From Paraspadella gotoi (lineage: Eukaryota > Animalia > Chaetognatha): a DNA stretch of 64,000 bases. The stretch spans positions 15,117,574 through 15,181,573 of the forward strand of contig CM119263.1 of NCBI GenBank assembly GCA_051294375.1, read 5' to 3'. Below are positions 14,492 to 25,600 of the stretch, in pieces; position 1 is the stretch's first letter, and each line of letters opens with the position of its first letter. Position numbers and translations under genes: made by a program. The notes beneath the pieces were generated by a model. The model had not been told where the DNA came from. It searched no databases and saw only the letters and a program-made list of their open reading frames with translations.

Positions 14492-15296
14492 GGAGAAACT
14501 CGGCCCAAGAGGAACATAATGTGAAGATGATGACGTCACGGCGACATTCGTGATCCCGCGAAATTTAAATGGAAATGAATGAATATGAGTTACTACGTCC
14601 CCGCGACTCGGACAGAGAGAGAGAGTGGAACTGACGAACGATGGAGAGAAAGAAAATTAAGAAAGAATGAATGACGAGGAAAGAACGAGGGAAAGAAAGA
14701 GAGAATACGAGGCGAGGGAGAAGATAAGAAGGTGTTATATATATATATATCTAAACCAATGAAATACGTTTTGGTGAAGAATTTTTAACATTAGCAGCCG
14801 GATAAAATTGTTGGAATAATACATAAAATTCGTCGGTGGAGGGAATTTTTCAAATATACGTAGAAAAACTGTAAAAGTTATTCCATATTAAGAATGGAAT
14901 ACGACAACGACATATTTAATAGTTTTTTAAAAGTTAGTCCCAAAAGATCTGGACCTCCCTGTATTTATTAGGTATTACGCCTTTCCCTACTACCGTCGCA
15001 AGAATCCAGTCACTTAAGTAACATATTTTCCACCAGATTTTCCCGGCAATATGCATTATGACTCAAATTTCTTTATCTACAGCGACGAATATTACTTCCA
15101 TCTTCTTCGACTCGATTTTATAATAACCGTTAATATTTTTTTTCTCTTAAGAGGTCTCGGAATGTCAGAGAATCAGAGAGTTGAAAATTTCAAAGAATAA
15201 AAAATTCGTTCAATTTGTCCTTTACTTTAGTTTGATAAGACTCCTAATCACGGTACCTTCGTCGGTAAAGAATTTGAAATAAGCTAAAAGCGCAAA

Positions 15297-16017
15297 ATGA
15301 TTATCCGTTTTGTTTCCCTGTTTTCTCTCGTATCCATCTCCTTTCAATTTAAAACGTACGAAGGCGAGAGCCGTGAACACTGCAAGACGACGGAATTTTG
15401 TCAGAATATCATTGAATTTCACACCGGCGGCTGCTGCAGCGGACGTGAGTGGATTAAAGTTGTTTATTCAAAATTCATTCTGTCTTTAAAACGGCTTTCC
15501 GTCAAACAGTGAATGGAAACATACGCCCTCCCAAATGCACGGAGGATTGCGGCGAGAGCTGCAAAGATATGGGAGGCAAGTGTGACTTGAGCTCCAACGG
15601 AGAGACGCCCGAGACTCGATGGAACTGTCGCTCGACGGCCTTTTGCGCCGACAACGTCGAGAAGACCTCCGCTTGCTGCATGAAAATTCCAGGTTTGAAT
15701 TTGGGATTGGGGATCGGGCGAATACGATGGTCTTTTATTGTCGTTTAACCGATGCGCCGTCTTTTTTAGAGAAGAAAAGTTTAACCAATTTTATTTTCAA
15801 CTTCTCTGATTATTATTATTATTATTATTACTTATATACGCATGCGTAATTAACAGAATTTGAGGAAAACGGACAATCCCCCGCTGTATGCGTGCCAGAA
15901 TGCAAATTCTGCAAAGATAAAGGAGGAACTTGCGGCGCCGACTCTCTCGGTCTCAACCGAGTCGTCGTCGTCGTCGGCTTCGGCGTCGTCGCAACGTGGA
16001 CCAAACTGAGATTTTAA
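15297..16017 (+). CDS. Small Cys-rich, putatively GPI-anchored surface protein A (163 aa; join 15297..15444,15510..15692,15857..16017)
   Basis: Manual splicing through two GT-AG phase-1 introns (65 and 164 nt) gives an intact frame: MIIRFVSLFSLVSISFQFKTYEGESREHCKTTEFCQNIIEFHTGGCCSG-LNGNIRPPKCTEDCGESCKDMGGKCDLSSNGETPETRWNCRSTAFCADNVEKTSACCMKIP-EFEENGQSPAVCVPECKFCKDKGGTCGADSLGLNRVVVVVGFGVVATWTKLRF*. Hydrophobic N-terminus, 16 Cys in two 8-Cys repeats, hydrophobic C-terminus. Exon structure is identical to the paralog at 17775. Confidence 0.85.
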
Positions 16018-17191
16018 GAAGAAGACAATTTCGATGTCGTTGTCGTCGTCGTCGTTTACATACTCGTAAAGGTTGTCGCTGGACGAGAATTCACTTTCGT
16101 TGATTAAACTTTCCGTTTTTCAAAAAATGTTTGATTCTGTATTCGTTAGGCAATAATATCTATTATTTCCCTATTTGTCGTATTTGTAGTTGTTATTTAC
16201 CTAATTTTAAACTGCTTAGCCATGTGATCGGTTTTGGGTCATTTCAAAACTCGGCCCTCTCGGGAAAGAGAAAAAAGATTTCCTTATAAGGCGCCGCTGG
16301 ATTGTTGGCGTCCCGTCCCTCATTTCGCCTGTCAACGCTAACGTTTCCCTCATTTTCGTTCTTTATGGAGACGTCGTCGTCGTCGTCGTTTTGGGCAACG
16401 AGGGCGTTATCGCTTTTCTTCTCCTTATTGCTTCAGATTTATTATCTTTTTTCCTCTCAAAGATTCTCTCACGCGCGAAAACTTCGCTTTTCATTTTCTC
16501 GTTGCGTTTCGTGAAATTAGCTCCGGCAGCTTCATCGCTCTTTTCTATCGATCGCCACTTACCAATAGCGGATAAGTTCCCTCGGATGCCTTACCCGAGA
16601 CTTTCCAACTCTTGGCTCTTCCCTCGATCCGAAAAAATCCTCCAACGGAAAAAAAAAAAAAANNNNNNNNNNNNNNNNNNNNNNNNNNNNNNNNNNNNNN
16701 NNNNNNNNNNNNNNNNNNNNNNNNNNNNNNNNNNNNNNNNNNNNNNNNNNNNNNNNNNNNNNNNNNNNNNNNNNNNNNNNNNNNNNNNNNNNNNNNNNNN
16801 NNNNNNNNNNNNNNNNNNNNNNNNNNNNNNNNNNNNNNNNNNNNNNNNNNNNNNNNNNNNNNNNNNNNNNNNNNNNNNNNNNNNNNNNNNNNNNNNNNNN
16901 NNNNNNNNNNNNNNNNNNNNNNNNNNNNNNNNNAAAACGGCAGGCGCGGTCTAGTTTCACCCCTTCGCTCTAATTGAAGACTCGGGCTGAGTTGTTTGGA
17001 ACGAAAGGAAGGTGTTGGGTCGATGGATTGCAAAAGAGGTAATAGGTTTCGGGAGAAGGGTGTGACTGAGCGTGTCAGGGTAAAGAGAAAAAGCAAATGG
17101 AAAGTGGGTCGGGGTTTTTTATGATGCGATGTTCTCTTCGTGTTTGTTGGGTCGAGTTTATGACGCTGTTATTGGCCGAGTCTTCTTACCT

Positions 17192-17292
<101 letters not shown>

Positions 17293-17774
17293 CGAAAACC
17301 GATGCTTCTCCAAAATATTTTTTCTTTTTTTCGTTATTTTGGTTTTCTACTTCGTAGTCATTTTCTTCCGGTGGATTCGTTGTGTTTTTTGTCATCATTT
17401 CATCCTGGTTGTTGTCGTTCGCCTGCGATTTGTTCTCCTCCGTTCGCATCTCATTTGGATTTCATCGTTCGCTTCATCGTTTTTAGAACAACGTCGCCGG
17501 GAGCGCCGCTTGTCGTTGGTAGCTGTCGTTTGGCGCCAATTAAAATTTTTAACGTGTCGTCTTCAGAAATAATTAATGATAATTTTATTAGGCTCTCGAT
17601 AGCTCGGTATCGCAATATCTTCAGTTTTTTTAATATTCCTCGGACTATAAAACCCATAAATCTCGATCAAACTTCTCCCTGTTTAAATCCCTCGCATACA
17701 GTCCGAAAATTGGCGAAGGTTCCAACGAAAAAAAAAATATTGATAAAAAACAAAAAAAAACAACGCAAAATAAA

Positions 17775-18447
17775 ATGAAAAAATTTATGCAAATATTTGG
17801 AATCTCCCTTCTGCTCCTCGCCCGACACGCTTTCGCCAATCGGCTAGATTGTCAAACGACCCCCGATTGTTTGTATGGAAACAACGTGGAAAGAAGATGC
17901 TGCATGAAGGAGGGGCGTAAGTCCTCAACCAGATTTTGAAGTCGAGATTTCTAGAAATATCAAAGTCTAATTACGCACTAAGTGTATTGATTTATCGCCC
18001 GTTCCTCCATCCCCGGCCAGAGAGAGAGTGCATGGAAAATTGTCAAACTTGCCTCGACATCGGTGGGACGTGCGAGCAGACGAAGCCTCCTGAAACACTC
18101 GAGAACTGTTACTCGTCTCACTTTTGCAAAAGCAACAAGGGGACTGTTTGCTGCTTCGGAAGCACGTGTGAGTTCAAAGTCGGGTTTCGCTCGCTCTTTT
18201 ATTCTCCTCTCTTAATTTTTCTTCAATCTTGCCACCTCTACTCCAATTACCTTACCTTAACTTACCCAATCCAGCGAGCGCGAACGGGATTTGCGCGACG
18301 ACCTGCGACGCCTGTAAAGGATACGAAGGGACTTGCGGCGCCGACTCTGTTCGCCTCGACACGTTGCTCGCCATCTTCCTCGTCATCGTCGTCGTCGCGG
18401 TTATCTTCCGCGCATCGCCGCGAGAGAGCGTCGCGTCGCTACGATGA
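17775..18447 (+). CDS. Small Cys-rich, GPI- or TM-anchored surface protein B, paralog of A (153 aa; join 17775..17916,18021..18167,18275..18447)
   Basis: GTAAGT and GTGAGT donors, CAG acceptors, both introns phase 1. Spliced product: MKKFMQIFGISLLLLARHAFANRLDCQTTPDCLYGNNVERRCCMKEG-QRECMENCQTCLDIGGTCEQTKPPETLENCYSSHFCKSNKGTVCCFGST-SSANGICATTCDACKGYEGTCGADSVRLDTLLAIFLVIVVVAVIFRASPRESVASLR*. Signal peptide ending AFA, 16 Cys, PETxxNC and GTCGADS motifs shared with protein A. Confidence 0.88.
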
Positions 18448-19981
18448 AAACGAACCCGGACGGCGCGCCCCTTTCGCTAAAACCAGTCGGACGTCATCGT
18501 CCTCAACTTTTTTTTCGCGTTTCCGGTTTTTCATTCCGCTCATTTTTCTCGTTACGAACGCTCGTAAGAATTTCGTTAATTAGTTTATCAATCGGCGTCG
18601 TTAATATATTTTACTTTTTTAATGTTTTGCAACGAATGCTTGTACCGGTTGATATTTTTGTGCGATTATAATTTTTAAAGCAACAATTTATCTTCGCCAA
18701 TGAGACTTTTAAAATGAGTTGGAAGTCGTGAAAGTGAATCTCCTGCGTAAGAGAAGTATTACAATAGTAAAGAGAAAATTCACTGAATGTGGTGGATTCC
18801 CTACGATTTAAATGAATCGATCAATGAAGATTTTAATGAAAATGGTTGTTGTCATTTGATTCACAGAGTCGTGGCTGACTGTCGCTGCGTCCTCGTTCTA
18901 TTTCCGCGTCCCACGCGGAATCTGTTTCAATCTCCGGCCGTCGGTGGCGCTCTCAGCCATTACCCCTACCACCATCGCCTCTCTCTCGCCGTCGTCGTCA
19001 TCCTCCTCTTCCTCCTCGTCCTATTTTCTCTTTTTCCTTCTTTTTCCTCCAATTCCTCCTCCTCCTCCTCTTCCTCATCATCCTCTAACGATTTCCTTCC
19101 AACAAAAGACTAATATTTTAAGTTGGTAATCTCTTCGACTACGACGACGACGACGACGACGACGGAGCCGAGGACGGCGACGAAGGCGACGACGACAATG
19201 ACTTCGATTAACGAAAATTCAAGCAAGGCCGTTTGGGACGAATTCCCACCTCGAAAACTGTGTCGTCCTCGTTAGTATCAGCCTCGCCCAAAAAAATTTT
19301 TTTTTAAATTATTGACAGTGAGAAAGCGTCAAACTATACATATATATAAATTTTTTAAATAAAGTATAAAATCACCGTGGTAAGTTACCGAAGAGTGAGC
19401 ACAGCGTCGGAATAATGACGTTCATTAAGTTTATTTTTCACTTGGGTTCGTTGAGTAAAGTTGGATCGAGTTCATTTTTTCAAATTTATATGCGAAGAGA
19501 ATTTTTAGGTTTTTACGTTTCGACGTCGTCATCGTCGTCATTTTCTTCCCCATTTCTTTTTTTTTTTCTTACCTTATTCGTTTTCTACCATTCACTTTTA
19601 CCCTTTCTTTTTTTTTATCTTGCCCTTTTTTCTTCTTCATAACCTTCGCTTATCGTTTGCACTTTTAACCCTTTCTTTTACTTCTTTCTTCCTTCTTTTT
19701 TTTTTTTTTTAGACTTTATTTCTTTTTCTCCTATTTTTCTTGCCACCATATTCGTTCCTGATCTGTCGTCTTTTTCCTCTATCTCGTTCATTCCCTTTCC
19801 TGTTTCTTTTTTCACCATAGCCTCAATATTCTCCCTTTCTTTTCCTCCCTTTCCTTTCCTCCCTTACCTCCCTCTTTCTTCGTCGTAACGAAGGCGGGGG
19901 CAGGAAGTCAGGTGTGATGACGATTTATTATTTCAAGCCTTACGATCGAATCTCTGGGGTCAGGGGTCAAGGGGGAAAGGG

Positions 19982-20069
<88 letters not shown>

Positions 20070-20555
20070 ATTCCGTTCTATAAAAGACTTACCTGTTGGG
20101 AGGGAGTTTGCCGTTTGTAGAAAGGTCGTCGAATATGAAAGAAAGAAAAAAATATGAATTAATAATCGCTACAAAACAAGGTATTGATTAACATTTATTA
20201 ATTCAAGGTAACTTGTAAGCAAACATAATTATGAAAAAAACATGATTATGAAGTAACAGACCTTATTATATAGGATATTAAATTCTTAATAAGGTAACAG
20301 TATCTCTCGGCATGTTATGCCTTTCTTCATTTTAATTTTAAAGTAGAAAGTTCAGCCAATAATCAAGAGTTAAACTCAAAGAAAGAGATTTTTCTTGTAA
20401 AATGAAAAAAAAACAACTTAAGTCCTGACTCGAGATTATATCAAACTAAACAACAAACTTGTAAAAAAGGATCGATTTCTCAGGCAATAAAAAGCAGAAA
20501 GGAGAGAAGAGAGAGAGGAGGAGAGGGAGAGAGAGGAGAAAGAGAGAGAGAGAGA

Positions 20556-20599
<44 letters not shown>

Positions 20600-20713
20600 A
20601 TTGGAAAGCATTGTGGGATCCAATTAACCTTCCAGCGGTTCACACCTGCGTCTCTGGATCATATTAATGAGAGAGGGATGGCAGAGTAAGAAAGGACAGT
20701 GAGAGAGAGAGAA

Positions 20714-20761
<48 letters not shown>

Positions 20762-21243
20762 GATGAGAAGAGAGACGAGCTTCATGAGAGCTAAAGAGAG
20801 AGAGAGAGAGAGAGAGAAGAGATGAGAGGAGTAGAGAAAGGGCGTGCTTTATTATCCTCCTCACAAATTGATCGATATGACCCGGCAATAAAGTCGGGAT
20901 GTACAGAGTGAAGAAGATTGTCTTCGCCTTTTCTGTTTCTCCCCCCCCCCTTCCAAAGGCCGCCCAAAAAATCGACCTCGAGAAAGTCGCCTTCCCTTTT
21001 TCGTTCCCTACCCCCTGTGACGCTCGGGAGCCCCTCGGCATAAAAACCCCGGGGGAGAATTTGGAAGAATATGTTGACCGCATAAAAGGCGAGATTAAGG
21101 TCCCCAAGAGAATCCCTACTGGCAAATTTGGAGGAAGAAAGAAAGTGGACGCAAGAGATTAGGGTTTGTGGGCAGTTGACGAGGGGCGCTCGGAGAAAAG
21201 GATAGTAAAAATAAAATAGTATAATTCTAATATTTTAGATAAG

Positions 21244-21290
21244 TATGAAATTGGTACAACCAATAAAAAAATTATCCAATCATTTAATTA
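21244..21290 (-). repeat. Truncated inverted fragment of the 200-bp dispersed repeat
   Basis: TATGAAATTGGTACAACCAATA..AAAAATTATCCA is the reverse complement of the repeat's 3' end. Confidence 0.75.
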
Positions 21291-21622
21291 ATATTATATT
21301 GTTACTTTATACATGTGTGAAGGAAATAATTCTCCGGCGGGAGGAAGAAAGGCAAGGTCCTTGTGACGTGCTGGCAGGAGTGAAAAAAAAAAAGGAGCGA
21401 AAGAAGGAAAGAAAACTAAGGGAAAAAAAAAGAGTGAAATATGGAGGAGAAGGCGCGGGCCAGGAGCGGGGGTCAAGAGAGGAGCAAATAAGGAGAGGAC
21501 AAACTCCGCCATTGGACCCCCGAGGTGTAAGTTGGGTTTGGGCCGTTTAGATGTGATTTGACTCGAGTGAAGGAAAAAGGGAATAAATTCCCTCTCCAAA
21601 CTGAAATTATTCATTCGCTTAA

Positions 21623-21662
21623 CGTTCGTTCGTTCGTTCGTTCGTTCGTTCGTTCGTTCGTT
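21623..21662 (+). repeat. (CGTT)n tetranucleotide microsatellite
   Basis: About 10 perfect units. Confidence 0.95.
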
Positions 21663-22689
21663 CTTTCGTAAGTTAGTTTGTTCGTTCTTTTGTTCGTTCG
21701 TAATATTCATCGTCGGCGTCGTCGCGTTTTTTCCTATTGACGTTTTGCTGCCGATAAAGCAGTAACGACAGCAGCGAGGACAGCATCGCCGACAGCAGCA
21801 GCCTCTAACGCCGTCGGCGCCGTACGCCAATCTCCCGTCCCCGATGGCGCCGCCGTCTGACGCCAGCAAATTTATTGAAAGATAGACAGGTCCATGAGAA
21901 CGCGGGACGAAAACCAAAGATGGCGTAATGGACTATGTATAAAATGGTTAAATTCTGATGAAATACTTTTAGTAAATGTTAGGAAATTGCTAGTGAAAGC
22001 TGAAAATTAAAATGTAATTATTTCTGGAGGAGAAGAACACGGGCTGAAAAATTGAGGTACTGAAAATCCCAAGGTCTGAAGACGGACGAGGCTCCGAGAT
22101 TTTTGACATGGACCCCGGTGATAAAAAGGGGCAAACGAAACGCCGTTTTACCGAGCGAAGAAGTAAACGCAGCGATGAACCGAGAACTGAGACCAGTGAA
22201 CAAAGGAATGAACGAGAAATGACGACAAAAAAAAACGTCGCCATGGAAACATGAGGGCGAACGCCGGACGCATGTCGCGCGACGCCGGTCAGGGAGATCG
22301 CCGGAAAGAACGCCGTCCGCGGAGGGTCATGCAAGAATGCGATAAAGGAGATTAATTGACTGGAACGAATAATGTGAACCGAGACCGCTCGGGTGATGTC
22401 GGAGGGNNNNNNNNNNNNNNNNNNNNNNNNNTAATTTTTGATTACCGTGCACGTGAGACTCAATGTTTAATAAAATTTTTTCTAAGTCTTAATCCGCCAT
22501 CACCATTATTCTATCTCGGTCATCTCTTTTCTGCCGGCTTGACAGTTTGGGTACTCTTGGCTCCCTGTTCGTTCGTCGTCTAATCTTTAAAATCTGTTGT
22601 CTTATATTCTCGTCTCTTCTCGCCTCCTCCATCTCTCTCTCTCGATCTCTCTTCTCCTCTTCTCTTAATATCAAATCCTCCCTCTAAAA

Positions 22690-25600
22690 GTTTTGAATTG
22701 TCGTTCTGCAAAATGCTAACAGTTTTCGGAGATGAGATGAGCCTCATTGTCAACTGGAGTGAAGGAACAAGAAACTTAGAAAAAAATATTCTAACTATCT
22801 TAGTCACTAATCTTTTGAAACTCTCTATTCTATTTCTGGTTTTCTTTCTCTTTCTCTTTCCTTAGGGAGTATCTCCATCTAGGGATCGTAGTTCAGAGTC
22901 CAAAGTAATTTTTATCGGTTGTGATGATACAATAATTTTTTTTCAAAGTGGAAAGTTCTGAATATATTTAAAATATTTTTTTCTATTTTTCTTCTTAGAC
23001 TTTACAATATTTTCGGGGCGAATCTTCGAAAACGAATTTTTATCGTGGTTTTTTTTTCGGAGGAGACTCGTCTTCGGATATTTTCTTTCTCCTTTCTTAG
23101 GTCTTGCTTTTTCCTTTTTTGTTTTCAAAGCGGCGCTGCATCTTCTCTTAAAATATTTTTTTTTGGATGGTTCGGTCTACGGCTCATACTGGACATCTGA
23201 TTGCTCCAATCAACCTTAAAGTTGCTCATAGTTCACCTATCCCAATAAGAATTATATATATTTAATCTAATTTACGTATTTGATAAAAAAAAGTAATTAT
23301 TTTCGCAACTATTCTCCGCATCGTTAGTAACTTTCTTTCTATATATGGTCAGTATCCTCCTCGAGGACGCAGCAGCCCCTGTCCTCTCCCAGCGGCCCAT
23401 CTCTAGTGTTCCAGTCGCGAACAAATCCCGGGTTTATCTTCCCTTGTGGTTCTCATGCTCCTCTTTCTCCTGCCTCTTCTCCATCTTCTTCTTTTTTTCT
23501 TTCCTATTTTCTTCTTCTTCTTCTTCTTCTTTTTTAACTCTCTGGATTTTCATTTCCTCAAAAAAGATTTTCTTGGGTCCCATGAAAAAAAAAAAAAGTT
23601 GCAATCAAAGGCGAAGGTAACACACACAACTCTCCTCTCTCTCCTCTCATTCCTATCCTTCTCCTCTCTCTCTCTCTCTCTCTCTCGTCTCTCTCGTCCT
23701 CTCTCTCTCCTCTCTCTTCTCTCTACTTCTCATCATTTTTATTCTTTTTCATAGTTATATTTTAACGATTAAGACAGAAAATTTAACATCCTCAACCGGA
23801 AATGATTGTCCTAAAGTCCATTATAAACGGTTTATTTGCGTTTATTTATATATATAATTATATAATATTTATAATTAGTATACAATATATACTTATACTT
23901 TATTTATATATTATTTATTTTATTGGTAGTATTTCTTCGATTTTTTTTTCATTTTGTTATTGGTAAGTCGAGACTTGGATCGTTAACAAGTCATAAACAT
24001 CTCTCTCAATGTCTACGCATGTTTTTCCAGCATTTTAGTAACGACTTTTTGCTTTGCTTTCCAATCCTCTGTATACTTCTTTTCTTTGCTTTAAAGCAAA
24101 TGATCATCGTGGCCAATGTGGCCAATTGTGGCATATGTGGCCATAGTGGCCCAACTTGTGGCCATATGTGTTCGATACGACTTACCCTTGAGACTTCAAG
24201 TCTGCCTGGGTTCGAGGTCCGTTCTTTTGAGTTTTCCTTAAGGTAGTGGTATCGGCAGTCCTTTCCGCGAAGGCAAGCTTCGTACGGTATTGAAAAACTT
24301 CGCCTAAATTTAATATGTTTTTCAGTTAAAAACCGCAATACCCTTCAACTTTTCGAATTGCAATCAGGACTCCACTTACTCGTCGGCTAAGAACATCACT
24401 ACAAAAGTCGAAAACGATCTAAAAAGCGAGTTCACCTTACACACGGTCATAGTTTTGCCCACACAATTCCTTTCCCTCCTTCGTGTCCACGGGAGTTTCA
24501 ATCTAATTTTATTTTTGTCCTTTTCGATGCTTCGACTTTTTTTTTCGCTTCGAACAAACCCTTCTCATTTTTTTTTTCCTTCGGCAACTCATCCTTTGAC
24601 TATCTATTTTTCCAAAGTCGAAAAGCCCGCAATCCACTAGGACATAAAATGCCACTTCTGATGAGCGTTACTTTCCTCTTTGAGCTTCTGCTTTGCTTTG
24701 TTTCGACATTTTAATTTGGTTTTTATACGTACAGAACGGATTTCCGCGTCCTTCGATAATGTCTGATGAGTAAGACGGCCAGAAAAAAAAAAGTATTGCT
24801 ATTCAGACGTCCTCGCGGGATCAGCGTTTCACTTTTTTTAACCTCGAAAAACGAAGCCGCGTTGGCGAATGTTCGTCAATATTTCGTCCCGTTTAATCAC
24901 AAAAGTCATTTGCTTTAATTTTTCATCGCGCCAGAGGGACGGAAGGGCAAACGCGGAAAAGTCGAGTTTTTTTCGGGAAGAAAACGATCCTCGCACAACT
25001 CGTCGTCGCCATAGTGATAAATAAACAAACACTCGAATCACTTTCGAGGAATCTCACCATGTTTTGTAAATCATTTGTTTAAAAACTGACCGGCGTCAAA
25101 GCCCCTCCTACGTAAGAAGAGATACATAGGATGATGACTAGTATGTTGCGGGTGAAGTCGTCGTCATCGTCGTCGTCTTTGAACAAATTCGTTTTAAATC
25201 GTAAAAAACAGAGGATTCAGCTGTTTTTTTTTCCTGACGTCTTCGTCATCTAAGTCATCATGTCGTCGTCTTCTTCTTCGTCGTCTTCTTCTTCGGTCGT
25301 CGTTCGTCGTTTCGCTGGTCCCTTCTTCTACAATTGTCTCTCTCTCTCTCTCTCTCTCCTCTCTCTCATCCTTCTCTTGCTCCACCTCCCTTTCTCCTTC
25401 ATTACTAACCCATAGCTGCTTACTAGGTTTTTCATGGTGGACCCGTGTTATTAGCGTAGCGGAGAAACGTGGGGGGGGAGAGGTGGATCAGAAGAAGCGG
25501 ATTCCGCTTCGTTCGGTTTATTATCGCTCGAGGAAAGAGAGCCACTTTTTTCTTCTACTAAGTTGGGACGTTTCGGTCCCGCTGTACTTGTGGAGTTTTA

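Larger units (their letters stand above)
7050..16662 (+). repeat. Direct tandem duplication of ~4.8 kb (copy 1 7050-11891; copy 2 11917-16662+)
   Basis: Both copies start TCTCCGGAGAAA..CATCG and are colinear throughout. They are separated by a 25-N gap (11892-11916) and differ mostly by small indels. Confidence 0.92.

Noticed and set aside
18787-18900. NENGCCHLIHRVVADCRC as a third Cys-rich paralog
   Set aside because: It lacks a signal peptide, the C-x5-C..CC spacing and the GGxC half-module, and has no matching exon structure.
21740-21830. Metallothionein/protamine-like GCCCRRCCPRCCRYC on the minus strand
   Set aside because: It is the antisense reading of a CAG/GAC-rich low-complexity stretch, with no signal peptide, splice sites or family spacing to support it.
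24763-24790. Other CTGATGA motifs (24658, 24763, ~41795, ~58906) as hammerhead candidates
   Set aside because: None has a stem II closed by GAAA followed by a stem III and NUH cleavage triplet.
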